A stretch of 64,000 nucleotides of DNA from a virus (lineage: Duplodnaviria; Caudoviricetes): IMG/VR virus record IMGVR_UViG_3300033463_000054, positions 1 to 64,000 of that record; one strand, given 5' to 3'. The translations under genes were made by a program, and so were the position numbers. Positions 54,940 to 64,000 of the stretch are shown piece by piece (within the stretch, counting starts at the first letter, position 1; every line of letters begins with the position of its first letter). The notes under the pieces are model-generated. The model searched no databases, had not been told where the DNA came from, and was given only the letters and a program-made list of their open reading frames with translations.

Positions 54940-56823
54940 TCAGCCGTTGTTCTCCTCTTCAGCCTCGGGAGCAGTTGTCTCAGTCTCGAGAACAATTGCA
55001 GAGAAGGGCTTGATAAGAGCGCCGGAGCATCTGGTCTCGATCAGATACTTCTGTGCGTTGTAATCGATATCAAACTGATCATACCACTTGATCTGGCCAC
55101 CGCGGTCAGTACCGATGTTATAGTCAGTGAGATTAACGATTATACCATGGAGCTTGTAAGCCTTACCGGTCTTGGTATCAACTCTTACGAGGTTCTCCAT
55201 AACGGGAACTGTAACGATGTCGCGAACACGGAGCTTAGTAGCAAGCTTCTCTACGCTATCATAAAGATCTCTACCAGTAGAATCAGTGAGGAGAAGGAGC
55301 TCGGTAAGGGACTGCTCGGTGATGAAGAGAGTAGGATTGCCGGAACCCTTGTAGTCAACTCTTGCTCTTACAGCACCCTCGATGAATGCTCTAGGAGTCT
55401 CATCGGGAAGAGTATACTTGATTGTGAAGAAGTCCTCATCGGTCCAGATAGGTCTGATCTTGAGGGGATCGATCTTGTCATCAGAAGATGTGGGTCTGCC
55501 GTCGCCTACGAGAGCTGCACGAGCGATTTCCTCATCGAGCTGAGTTCTCATTTCCTTGTTAAGGATAGTGATGAGATCGTAGTTACCGCCAGAGATGTCG
55601 ATAATGTCATCCTTCTCAACCTTCTGCTTCTTGTAGATGGTTGTAGGCTCTGTGGTTCTCTTGAGGAGGCTGAAGATCTGCTCCTTCTTGAACTTACCCT
55701 TGATGTAACCTCTAGCCCTTGCGTCATCTGTGGTAAGATCGCCATAAAGGGACTTGGTGCGAGCAAAAGCGGACTTATGAGTTCTGTCCATGAATACCTT
55801 CACCCAGTCAGTGTTTCTGGTGACAAAGTCAATGTCATCATTAAGTGCCTTGGGATCGGGGAAGAGAAGATCAATGTCCTCTACACCGTGAGCAAGTACA
55901 GACTCCTTAAGAGAGCCATATTTCTTCATGTCAGCAAGTGCTTCCTTAAACATAGTACCTGCTTCCATCTGCGCATGTGCGATATAATCGCCCTGTGATT
56001 CGAATACGTTGTGTGTCATCTTAGCATCCTCTCCTTCTTTTTCTTTTACAGCATCTTCTACTGCCACGCCGATAAGAGCATAAACAACATTCTTCTGCTC
56101 ATCGGTCATACTATCGAATACGTCCTTAACGGTCTTGCCCTCGCCATCAGCATGGGACATTTCCTCATCGTATTCATCGTAGTTGTTGTAATCGCTGAAA
56201 TCCATAGTGGGAACTTCCTCCTGTTCTTCAGACTGATTATGAGCAAGTATCTCTTCGAATGTGCTGGTTATTGCTCCAGTAAACGAATGAGCCATTTCCT
56301 TTACCTCCTCAGAATCGATAATGTTATCATTTTGATTTTCCTCGTAATCGTCATCACTATGATATATTACTTCTTCAAATTCCATACCAGTAGTAATAAC
56401 AGCACCCTCTTCACCATCTGCATGACAAATAACATCATCGATGTATGCTCCGGGATTAGCGCCTGCAAGAACAAGCGAAACTTCACGGATTGTACCGTGT
56501 TTTACATTTCTGCCATTTATGTGCTCGAGGCCGTTCGCATAAATAGACAGACTGGTTATATCGCCATTACGTACTCGTTCCTTAGCATCTCTGCCCTCGG
56601 GACTGTCGTTAAATACGCCATAGCAATATACGCCCTCAGGACGATTCGCTAGAAGAGCATGACCTAGTACATTAGATATTTCACCATGTTTATGGTTCCA
56701 CATCAGAGGTACCGTCATACCATTACTGTCGGCAAAAGCATCCTGAAGAATTACTCTTCCATCAGTGCAACGAAGATTATTTCTTGTTGCCCAACCGCTG
56801 AAATCATAACTCACTGTTTTCAC
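54940..56823 (-). CDS. prohead protease-scaffold-major capsid fusion (HK97-like)
   Basis: N-terminal protease (FSGWAT, VPLMWNH, SLSI, IREVSLVLAGANPGA), acidic linker, capsid domain (LDEEIARAALVGDG...FDIDYNAQKYLIETRCSGAL). Confidence 0.9.
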   Translation of the reverse strand: MKTVSYDFSGWATRNNLRCTDGRVILQDAFADSNGMTVPLMWNHKHGEISNVLGHALLANRPEGVYCYGVFNDSPEGRDAKERVRNGDITSLSIYANGLEHINGRNVKHGTIREVSLVLAGANPGAYIDDVICHADGEEGAVITTGMEFEEVIYHSDDDYEENQNDNIIDSEEVKEMAHSFTGAITSTFEEILAHNQSEEQEEVPTMDFSDYNNYDEYDEEMSHADGEGKTVKDVFDSMTDEQKNVVYALIGVAVEDAVKEKEGEDAKMTHNVFESQGDYIAHAQMEAGTMFKEALADMKKYGSLKESVLAHGVEDIDLLFPDPKALNDDIDFVTRNTDWVKVFMDRTHKSAFARTKSLYGDLTTDDARARGYIKGKFKKEQIFSLLKRTTEPTTIYKKQKVEKDDIIDISGGNYDLITILNKEMRTQLDEEIARAALVGDGRPTSSDDKIDPLKIRPIWTDEDFFTIKYTLPDETPRAFIEGAVRARVDYKGSGNPTLFITEQSLTELLLLTDSTGRDLYDSVEKLATKLRVRDIVTVPVMENLVRVDTKTGKAYKLHGIIVNLTDYNIGTDRGGQIKWYDQFDIDYNAQKYLIETRCSGALIKPFSAIVLETETTAPEAEEENNG

Positions 56824-56831
56824 CTACTTTA

Positions 56832-57227
56832 TTATGAATTGATTTTATTCATACATGCTCTTATAGCTTCACGTTCTTTTTCGTTTGTAGCCATTTTAAG
56901 CATGTCGTCTAGACGTTGTATGAGTTCGCGATGTTCATCATGTGTGCTATGACCATCGCCATAATTAACGTCATAATACATACGACTGGAACCAATCGGA
57001 TATCTATCTGCATAACTATTATAAGAACGATTTCGTCTATAGCTATTATAGCTGTCATCACGAGAATATCCTCTTTCTTCCATAGCGCAAACAGTATCTA
57101 TGCATTTAATAGCATGCGAGAGTTTGTCTATATGATCCAGCTTTTCAGGAGAAAGGGGTTTTTCATCAGAAAACGTTTCGAGCTCGCGCATCAGCTTTTC
57201 TCGGAGCTCATAAATTTTGTTGCTCAT
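56832..57227 (-). CDS. hypothetical protein of the six-gene module
   Basis: 131 aa, helical ends around an R/S/Y-rich low-complexity centre. Confidence 0.7.
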   Translation of the reverse strand: MSNKIYELREKLMRELETFSDEKPLSPEKLDHIDKLSHAIKCIDTVCAMEERGYSRDDSYNSYRRNRSYNSYADRYPIGSSRMYYDVNYGDGHSTHDEHRELIQRLDDMLKMATNEKEREAIRACMNKINS

Positions 57228-57241
57228 TTTGAACTCCTTTC

Positions 57242-57703
57242 TTATCTCGACATAACAAGGTCAGGACGAGATATAACGATATTAGCATTCTGCACAAGTA
57301 TAGCCTGATCGCTTGTGTTTACTATTGACAGCGTTTCACAACAACCTCTCCATATCTGAGCGTTAACTGCACAAGATACGTTAAAGTATTCTTCAACAGC
57401 TGCCGGAGTAACAATCATCGTGCTTGTCGGTATAACAGATCCGTCTATAGCAAGAGCAAGACTTATCTGTTCAGCAGTACCGCCTGTAGGAACAGCTATA
57501 TTAGCTCTGAACATGCAAAGGTATTCTGCCGACTTAGCACAACATCCACAAGGCATCTGAGGAACATAACCTCTAAGGAGAAAGCTACCACTACCATCAC
57601 GATGTCTCACAAGACCTCTCGTACAAGGAACCGGTGCTTCTGTAAAAACTACAGATCCATTAGAAGCTACAATCTGAACAGCATTTGCCGAATATTCAGC
57701 CAT
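57242..57703 (-). CDS. Cys-rich beta-sandwich protein (BclA-CTD/C1q-like), six-gene module
   Basis: QIVASNGSVVF...FRANIAVP...ISLALAIDG...CCETLSIVN...VQNANIVI. Confidence 0.6.
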   Translation of the reverse strand: MAEYSANAVQIVASNGSVVFTEAPVPCTRGLVRHRDGSGSFLLRGYVPQMPCGCCAKSAEYLCMFRANIAVPTGGTAEQISLALAIDGSVIPTSTMIVTPAAVEEYFNVSCAVNAQIWRGCCETLSIVNTSDQAILVQNANIVISRPDLVMSR

Positions 57704-57716
57704 TCAGAACACCTCC

Positions 57717-58493
57717 TCAACCATTACAGCCGCAACCGTAACCGGTGTTATTGGGATATGTAAATATAGGCTGAGATCCATATACAGGCTGAGAAGGAAC
57801 AGGACAATTCTTCAGTCTGTTATACAGAGCATCTACCTCATTTGTAAGTCCCTGAGCGATGTATGCATTCTGCTGAGCAATGGTAAGCTGTCTTTCAAGA
57901 TCGGCTATCTTCTCGTTCTTAGCATCGATCTTATCATTGCACATCTGATCGAGGATTCTCTGGGTGTTAGCTGCATTATTAGCTATGAGATCACGAAAAC
58001 CGTCAGACATAGCGGCTCTGTCTGCACAATTCTCAGTAGCAACAGTATACTTCACGTCAGCTATGTTAGCACGGTTCTCGCAGCAACAATTCTGGAGATC
58101 CATTGCCAGATTATTCATCTGATTGCTAACGGTAGTCTGAGCTGCAAAAGCCTGCTGCATACCAGACATCTGTCGATTAGCGGCTGCTGACTCGGCGTTT
58201 GCAAAACCACTCGTGATCGCAGAAGAGATACCACCAAGAGTTCCAGCTATTGCAGCCTGATCGAACCCTCTGGACATCTGATCCTGTGTCTGAGCGTTAT
58301 AGAAATATGGAGCGCTCGAACCCCAGCCCGAGTTGCCACCAAATCCGCCATTGCCCCAATTGCCGTTCATAGCAAGAAGAAGGAACAATAGAAGATATGC
58401 TCCATCGCCACCAAAACCGAAACCGTCATTGTTTCGATTATTGCCAACAACCGCTGCCATATCTGCAGCAGACATTCCATTTGTTTCAGTCAT
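57717..58493 (-). CDS. Gly-rich/TM/coiled-coil protein with CCC and GCGC motifs, six-gene module
   Basis: start MTETNG (GGAGG RBS); GFGFGGDG, LLLFLLLAM, LQNCCCENR, terminal GCGCNG. Confidence 0.75.
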   Translation of the reverse strand: MTETNGMSAADMAAVVGNNRNNDGFGFGGDGAYLLLFLLLAMNGNWGNGGFGGNSGWGSSAPYFYNAQTQDQMSRGFDQAAIAGTLGGISSAITSGFANAESAAANRQMSGMQQAFAAQTTVSNQMNNLAMDLQNCCCENRANIADVKYTVATENCADRAAMSDGFRDLIANNAANTQRILDQMCNDKIDAKNEKIADLERQLTIAQQNAYIAQGLTNEVDALYNRLKNCPVPSQPVYGSQPIFTYPNNTGYGCGCNG

Positions 58494-58570
58494 AAGGATT
58501 ACCTCCCAAAATAAAATCACACTTTTAATAGTGTTTTCAAGTCTCTTAACAAATGCTGTCCATTTTGATT

Positions 58571-59980
58571 TTAACGATAACGTCCTTTTTTACAAGCTTC
58601 ATCAATCACATCATCATACCGACCGCATATAGACTGATAAGCAGTATTAAATTTACATTGTACATCAGGATTATCAAGAGGGATTTTATTAGTCTTGGCG
58701 TAATTTATGATCATCGAATTGAACTCAGTATGCGCAGAGTGTTTTATTTCGTTAACCGTATCATCATCGATCTTACCATCGAGAGATCGTACATACTTAA
58801 CGAATGCATCTCGATTAACATTAATAGCATCCATAGTTACGCCATGTATAAGATAAAGATGTTTATCAATCTCGATATTGAATGAATGCTCCATGTCTGA
58901 TGATTTCGAGTGACTTGAAGCACGTGATACCGACTGATGCATTTTCTTCTTTTTACCGCTATTCAAAGCCTGTGATAGCAAATACCCACGAGGATTGGCT
59001 ATAGCAGATACTGTATTTGAAGTTTTCTGGAGTTCAGTAGGTTCTCCGCTATAATCTATCTTAGGTTGATTAGCCTTATTACGTTGACGTTCTTCTTCGC
59101 TTTGCCGACGTATGTCATCATTGGTCTTCTTTATCATATGATCAGCATAAGCTCTTTGTATTTCTTTTTGATCCTCCTCAGGCAGATCCTTGTACGGATT
59201 CTCTTTTGTCTTTGGAGCAGGGATCGTTACAGCAGCTTTAATTTGCTTAGGACCCATAGGTTTAGCACCTGTCTGGTTGGTAACTTCCTTATCGAGAAGA
59301 TCCTGTTTCTTTTTAGCCTTTACGTCATCTGTTGTCGCTATATTAGGCTTGTTTGAAACATGTTCTTCATTAGGTCCATGACCGGATTCTCTAGCTTTAT
59401 CTAACATCGTCTGTTTCTTTGAATTATTATTAATAAAATCTTCTGTAGCAGATGTTATTGATTCATCATAAGCTTTTCTGTTATAACGAGCATCGGAAGA
59501 AGACAGATTATGTATTCGATCAGATGATGAACTAGAGCTATCAGTTATTTGGACGCTATCAGTTTTACCCTCATACATAGGTCGCATTGCATTACCCATA
59601 TCTGGAGTCATAGCGTTACCAAGTGGTGTATTCAGTATTTTTTCATCACCGTTTTGCATTTTCTTCATAACAGTAGCTGCATCATCCGGTCCATGCCCTT
59701 CTCTACGAGCTTTTTCAGCAAGAACTTTAGCTTTCATCTTATTAAGATTAGATTGATTTTCTTCCTGTTTTGCACGTTCCTGACGCTGAGCTTCTCTTAC
59801 TGCTTGTCCACGAGCTCGATCTTCTTCGGTGAATTCATCTTCACCAAAGATATGTTCGCCCTTTTTCATACCTTTACGACCATAATGCATTAGTTCGTCA
59901 TCATAAATGCCGTATTGTTCAGCACGATTATCGAGAATCTTAATCGCCGCGTGAAACATTTCATTATTCAAAGAGCACAC
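58571..59980 (-). CDS. charged protein with ELMHYGRKGMKKG motif
   Basis: 469 aa; variant of the HHGxxGxKWG motif; internal repeat KARREGHGP/KARESGHGP. Confidence 0.7.
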   Translation of the reverse strand: MCSLNNEMFHAAIKILDNRAEQYGIYDDELMHYGRKGMKKGEHIFGEDEFTEEDRARGQAVREAQRQERAKQEENQSNLNKMKAKVLAEKARREGHGPDDAATVMKKMQNGDEKILNTPLGNAMTPDMGNAMRPMYEGKTDSVQITDSSSSSSDRIHNLSSSDARYNRKAYDESITSATEDFINNNSKKQTMLDKARESGHGPNEEHVSNKPNIATTDDVKAKKKQDLLDKEVTNQTGAKPMGPKQIKAAVTIPAPKTKENPYKDLPEEDQKEIQRAYADHMIKKTNDDIRRQSEEERQRNKANQPKIDYSGEPTELQKTSNTVSAIANPRGYLLSQALNSGKKKKMHQSVSRASSHSKSSDMEHSFNIEIDKHLYLIHGVTMDAINVNRDAFVKYVRSLDGKIDDDTVNEIKHSAHTEFNSMIINYAKTNKIPLDNPDVQCKFNTAYQSICGRYDDVIDEACKKGRYR

Positions 59981-59995
59981 CTCCTTACATTAATA

Positions 59996-60217
59996 TTATT
60001 TACCAAACATACGCTGCATTTCGTATACTTGGTTTAACATATTTTGAGCACTATTAACCTGTTCTTGTGTAAATTCTCCAGATTGCAGTTTCTGTTGAAT
60101 TATTCGATTCGGATCACCAGTAAAATTCTGTCGAAACTGTTTATACTGTTCGAGAATATTCATCTGGTTATTTTGAACGGGTCTACTATTTCCAAGAGCA
60201 TTGAATAGATTAGCCAT
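59996..60217 (-). CDS. small Gln/Asn-rich protein, six-gene module
   Basis: NLFNALG...GDPNRIIQQKLQSGEFTQEQ. Confidence 0.7.
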   Translation of the reverse strand: MANLFNALGNSRPVQNNQMNILEQYKQFRQNFTGDPNRIIQQKLQSGEFTQEQVNSAQNMLNQVYEMQRMFGK

Positions 60218-60689
60218 CAGACTTTTCCTCTCTTGTTATCTGTTTGTCATAGTTCTTTTTGTAATTCTGCTTCCTATTAACGATTTCACTAAGCCTCTGT
60301 TCAAGCTCATCTCTTGTTACAAACTTGTCAGTGTCAACAGTAGATACAGGTTTAGATTCAACCTTAGCCTGTTTCTCATACACGACCAGTTCGTATGGTG
60401 CATTAGGAAAAGCAGTTTTAATAAATATAAATTTGTCATCCTTACTCATGAACATCTGAGTTATACCAGCCGCTACAGGATAATTTTCCACAGCCTGTCT
60501 ATCCTCAACCTGAATAATCTCAGCTCGAATAGTTGGCGGTGTCATCTGTTGAGTAGGCTGTACATTTTGAACTGTTTGACCTACCGGATTTTGTGTATAA
60601 TTATACGAGGGATAAGTCTGAGTCGGAAATGGATACTGTGTACCATAACCATATGTCGGATTATACCCCGTAGGAAAATACTGAGGCAT
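60210..60689 (-). CDS. Tyr/Pro/Gln-rich protein, six-gene module
   Basis: low-complexity N-terminus; AVENYPVAAG...FIFIKT...KFVTRDELEQRL. Confidence 0.7.
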   Translation of the reverse strand: MPQYFPTGYNPTYGYGTQYPFPTQTYPSYNYTQNPVGQTVQNVQPTQQMTPPTIRAEIIQVEDRQAVENYPVAAGITQMFMSKDDKFIFIKTAFPNAPYELVVYEKQAKVESKPVSTVDTDKFVTRDELEQRLSEIVNRKQNYKKNYDKQITREEKSDG

Positions 60690-60691
60690 TT

Positions 60692-61081
60692 CTATCGCTC
60701 CTTATAGAAATAATAAAGCGGGACAACATCACCGCTATCCCACGTATCGTAATAATTGCCGTCTATGACTGTTACAGCATGCTCACCTGTACAAAGAATA
60801 TAAATCCCATAAGGATGATCCATACAGAAATCTCGAACGGTGTAACAATCGGGACAAGTGTTATGTAAAGTCTCCATCGTATAACCATGCTTTAAGAGAT
60901 ATGCTTTCCAAACCCGATTAGACGACGGCATATCGCACATTTCATAACCCTGAATGCAAACGTCAAGATAAACGTCTCTCCATTCACGATCCATAGCTAT
61001 CGATATCGCTCTAATAACACAATCAATCACAAGATTGTTGCATGGGTTTGGATTACAATATACAAAACCCATTTCAATCAC
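60692..61081 (-). CDS. putative papain-like cysteine peptidase, six-gene module
   Basis: NPNP...DCVIRAI (Cys), HAVTVIDG (His), YDTWDSG (Asp). Confidence 0.6.
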   Translation of the reverse strand: MIEMGFVYCNPNPCNNLVIDCVIRAISIAMDREWRDVYLDVCIQGYEMCDMPSSNRVWKAYLLKHGYTMETLHNTCPDCYTVRDFCMDHPYGIYILCTGEHAVTVIDGNYYDTWDSGDVVPLYYFYKER

Positions 61082-62190
61082 TTCTTCTTAGCATAAGATT
61101 CGTAAATTCTATCGAATTCTCTGTTCTGTATCTCACGATACTTATCGGTCAACAATTTACGATTGGCGGCACTGGCAGCTCTAAGCTCCTTGATATGAGC
61201 TCGGAGTTCATCAGATGCACCCTTTTGTCTCGTTCTAGAATCCTCGTTATAAGCCTTGAGTTCCTCGCGAACAGACTTGATACCATCATTAATACTCTTC
61301 GTAGCTTGCTTAACCCCAGCGGCATTAGATGCTCTATAATTAGCAAGCTCTTCAGAATTCTTAGCTTTATAATCTTTAAGTCCGCTTGAAACACCAGACT
61401 TAGACGTAGCAAGGTCAGCCGATATTTTAGCATTTTCATTGCTCTTATCTGCTCTAATCTTAGCAATGTCTTTCCTAAGCGATTCCTTCTGAGAAGTATC
61501 TTTGGTTGATTTGATTTGTGCTTGTTTCTGTTCTATCTTTGTCTGAGCATTTTGAGTAGTACGCTCTTTATCGCGCTTAGCCTTTTCGGAAAGTTTCTCT
61601 TTGGTCTTTGTTGCAGTATCAGATGCTCGAGTATTATCGTTCTTAATGTCAGTACGCTTCTTCTCGAGTTCTGATTTAAACTGCTCTTTCTTTCCAGCCA
61701 ACTGTTCTTTAAGCGTTTGGATACGAGCATTAATCAACTCTTTGTATTTGCCTCGTTCATCGTTAGCCAAACCTTTAAGCTGAGTAATAGCGTTCTGAAT
61801 TTGATCAATCTGTCCCTGAGTAGTATTTTTAATTGACTCTTGTTCAGTCTGCTTTTCTTTCTTAATGTTCTCCTGAACTACAGAGTAAATCTCTTTACCC
61901 TCGTCAGAAAGCTGTGATTTTGAACGAGTTCTACCTTTGAGCTGTTTAGTTTTCTCGTAATACTCATGGGCCTTCTGGTAATTGTAGTAAGGGCTTGAAT
62001 ACGCGTTCTTAGTCGGTCCATATCCAGCTCCACCTTGAGTACCATCGCTAGCAGCGTGTATGAGATAACCTTCTCGATTAACATCCATACCTCTAGCGTT
62101 AAGCCACTGTTTGGAGAATTCCATCAGAGCTGCATTATTTACGCCATTTTGAATTTTACGTACCATCAAGCTCCGCCTCCAGACTATCAA
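61078..62190 (-). CDS. basic coiled-coil protein with YLIHAA / SPYYN..KAHEYY motif
   Basis: 370 aa, Lys/Glu-rich; directly after the portal (minor head or cargo candidate). Confidence 0.65.
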   Translation of the reverse strand: MIVWRRSLMVRKIQNGVNNAALMEFSKQWLNARGMDVNREGYLIHAASDGTQGGAGYGPTKNAYSSPYYNYQKAHEYYEKTKQLKGRTRSKSQLSDEGKEIYSVVQENIKKEKQTEQESIKNTTQGQIDQIQNAITQLKGLANDERGKYKELINARIQTLKEQLAGKKEQFKSELEKKRTDIKNDNTRASDTATKTKEKLSEKAKRDKERTTQNAQTKIEQKQAQIKSTKDTSQKESLRKDIAKIRADKSNENAKISADLATSKSGVSSGLKDYKAKNSEELANYRASNAAGVKQATKSINDGIKSVREELKAYNEDSRTRQKGASDELRAHIKELRAASAANRKLLTDKYREIQNREFDRIYESYAKKK

Positions 62191-63502
62191 GCTCGGCTTC
62201 CTGCTTATCTATCTCGGCTATTGCCTTATCAAGTTCTTCATCAGTCATCTGTGAAGGATCCATGTTAGCATAATCTGGCTGACTTGTTTCGGCACCAGCA
62301 ACATTTGTCATGTCATACGGCATGTTCGAGTTAACAAGCTGATCAGCCTTAGGATCGCTAGAAGGTTTCATACCCAGTGCCTGACGTACCTCATTAGAAG
62401 TAAGTATCTCGTTTCTAGTAAGCTTATCAGCAAGGTCTGCAAGCTGAGACATAGGCACGAGACTAAACCTATCGTGGAAGTATCTTATAGCCTGCCTCTG
62501 TGTACGAGCGGTTTTAGATAAGAATTTACGTTCCATCTCTTCAGTTATAGCCTGCACAATAACCTCAATTACACGCGTCATATAATTCAGCATTTCAGTC
62601 TCACTAGCTGTACCATTCAGTATTTCAGGTGTCATGCCAAGCTGACCATAAAGCATATTAGTGAGGTATTCGATCTGAGCTTGAAGATTATTCTCAAGAG
62701 GTCTACCTAAAGTAGTAATCTTCTCAGTACCATCAGTATAAGCAATGCCATACTTAGACTCTGTAAGCTGCCTTTCAATCTCAGTTCTACGCTTTTCAGC
62801 CTGCTCTCTTCTAGCTTCTGACTTGATAATGTAAGGAAGCTGAATGATCATCTGAAGTTTACCATTATTCTCTTCATCGACAGCATCGAGCAAAGATAGT
62901 TTCTTGATCAGTCGTTGTAAAGTTGAGTTTGGAGCATTCATGATGGGATAAAAAGGGTTCTCGACCAAAGCACAACACCGTTTGGAAAAAGGAATATCTT
63001 GTTTTTCCATAGTATCTTCATTGTATACTCGAACCTTCACCCATGTCGGATGCCACTCAACAACCTGCCCAACTTTCATCTCAAGAACTTTATAACTATC
63101 AGTTAGCTCCGGATCAGTGTCGGTACGAAAGGGCACGATCGCTATATGGCCCTGATCGATCAAGGTAAATGCAGCATCGCGCATAAACTCTCTACCTGTC
63201 TGATCTCTGTTCGCTTCGGTATTAAGACAATAATTCAACGTACTGTCTATATTAGACTCATAATTACCGTTTTCATCGACTTTAACATGCCGGACATCTA
63301 CCCTAGAACAATCAACAGCTATTTTATTATAAATAGCTGCTATAATCGATCGTTCTGCACCCCAGTTCATACGCGGTCTATCTGGTTTAAACGAAGAACT
63401 CCGCTCAATAACCGAAACCGATGTAGTTGCAGGAGGTGTGGGATCACGATTCATGAAGGCATTCCAAGCATGTTTCAGCCTGTTAGTTATTGTTTCTGCC
63501 AT
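62156..63502 (-). CDS. portal protein
   Basis: RLKHAWNAF...IYNKIAVD...LNTEANRDQTGREF...ADKLTRNEILTSNEVRQ; 448 aa upstream of the head genes. Confidence 0.9.
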   Translation of the reverse strand: MAETITNRLKHAWNAFMNRDPTPPATTSVSVIERSSSFKPDRPRMNWGAERSIIAAIYNKIAVDCSRVDVRHVKVDENGNYESNIDSTLNYCLNTEANRDQTGREFMRDAAFTLIDQGHIAIVPFRTDTDPELTDSYKVLEMKVGQVVEWHPTWVKVRVYNEDTMEKQDIPFSKRCCALVENPFYPIMNAPNSTLQRLIKKLSLLDAVDEENNGKLQMIIQLPYIIKSEARREQAEKRRTEIERQLTESKYGIAYTDGTEKITTLGRPLENNLQAQIEYLTNMLYGQLGMTPEILNGTASETEMLNYMTRVIEVIVQAITEEMERKFLSKTARTQRQAIRYFHDRFSLVPMSQLADLADKLTRNEILTSNEVRQALGMKPSSDPKADQLVNSNMPYDMTNVAGAETSQPDYANMDPSQMTDEELDKAIAEIDKQEAELDSLEAELDGT

Positions 63503-63518
63503 TTTGAATTTTCACACC

Positions 63519-64000
63519 CTATCTTCGTTTAATCAAATCTTTTACACTACCGCCTTCGGAGTAAACCGGGTAAAGTGCTTTAGAAGCAAACCTTCCGGCA
63601 GTCTTTCCGAGTGTAGCTCCCTTAGCGGCCGCAGCAGTACCACCAAAAGGTTCGAACTTGGTCTTAACACCCATCTTCTTCGCAACTTCTTTATACATCT
63701 TATGAGCATTGTAACCAGCAACCGCACCAGCATCACGCGCAAGTTTGGTAAACTCTCGTTCGAATTCCTTCTCGGACGCAGCAGCTTTTCCAAGTTTTGC
63801 TTTAGTCTTATTGTAGGTATCTGTAATAAATCCTTCAGACAGATCCGAAACTGTTCGAGCCACAGTTTTACTTATTCTCGACATGTCAGAAGGACTAGAC
63901 AAATATCGATAAAGATCTACGCCCTTATCTGACAGAATATTCTGCACTTCATCAGCCGCAGATCGAATCAAATCTGTAGGATCTTTAGCAAAGTCAGTAG
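63519..64000 (-). CDS. hypothetical protein (5' partial)
   Basis: frame of the 150-aa ORF stays open to the window end. Confidence 0.55.
   Translation of the reverse strand, partial: TDFAKDPTDLIRSAADEVQNILSDKGVDLYRYLSSPSDMSRISKTVARTVSDLSEGFITDTYNKTKAKLGKAAASEKEFEREFTKLARDAGAVAGYNAHKMYKEVAKKMGVKTKFEPFGGTAAAAKGATLGKTAGRFASKALYPVYSEGGSVKDLIKRR

Noticed and set aside
53272-56652. Long plus-strand ORFs (53272..54282, 54919..55998; also 42650..43552, 15183..15968 and others)
   Set aside because: They are antisense shadows of well-supported minus-strand genes and show no recognisable motifs.

Overview
This 64 kb window is most of a temperate, long-tailed (siphovirus-type) phage genome, probably infecting an anaerobic Firmicute. 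Almost all genes are on the minus strand. 1-17.9 kb is the replication and early region: SF2 helicase, dCTP deaminase, SSB-like protein, a 1359-aa helicase/primase/family-B polymerase fusion, a promoter-driven tRNA-like RNA with an 18-nt anticodon loop, and many small membrane-anchored proteins. 17.9-22.8 kb is an array of tiny genes, most bracketed by the same 27-bp promoter-like motif and a TAACA-loop hairpin, with a probable replication origin inside. 22.8-24.5 kb holds a tyrosine integrase (+) and probable attP. 24.5-27.8 kb is the lysis module, with a stand-alone NrdD glycyl-radical domain between holin and endolysin. 27.8-37.2 kb is a tail-fibre region containing a clear diversity-generating retroelement (DGR): RT, a 112-nt TR, two VRs with adenine-only mismatches, a third decayed paralog, and no recognisable avd. 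37-64 kb holds the tail, tape measure, protease-capsid fusion, a six-gene Cys/Gly-rich module, His-motif candidate capsid cargo proteins and the portal. All alignments and counts were done by eye; no database searches were run, so family names are recalled similarities.
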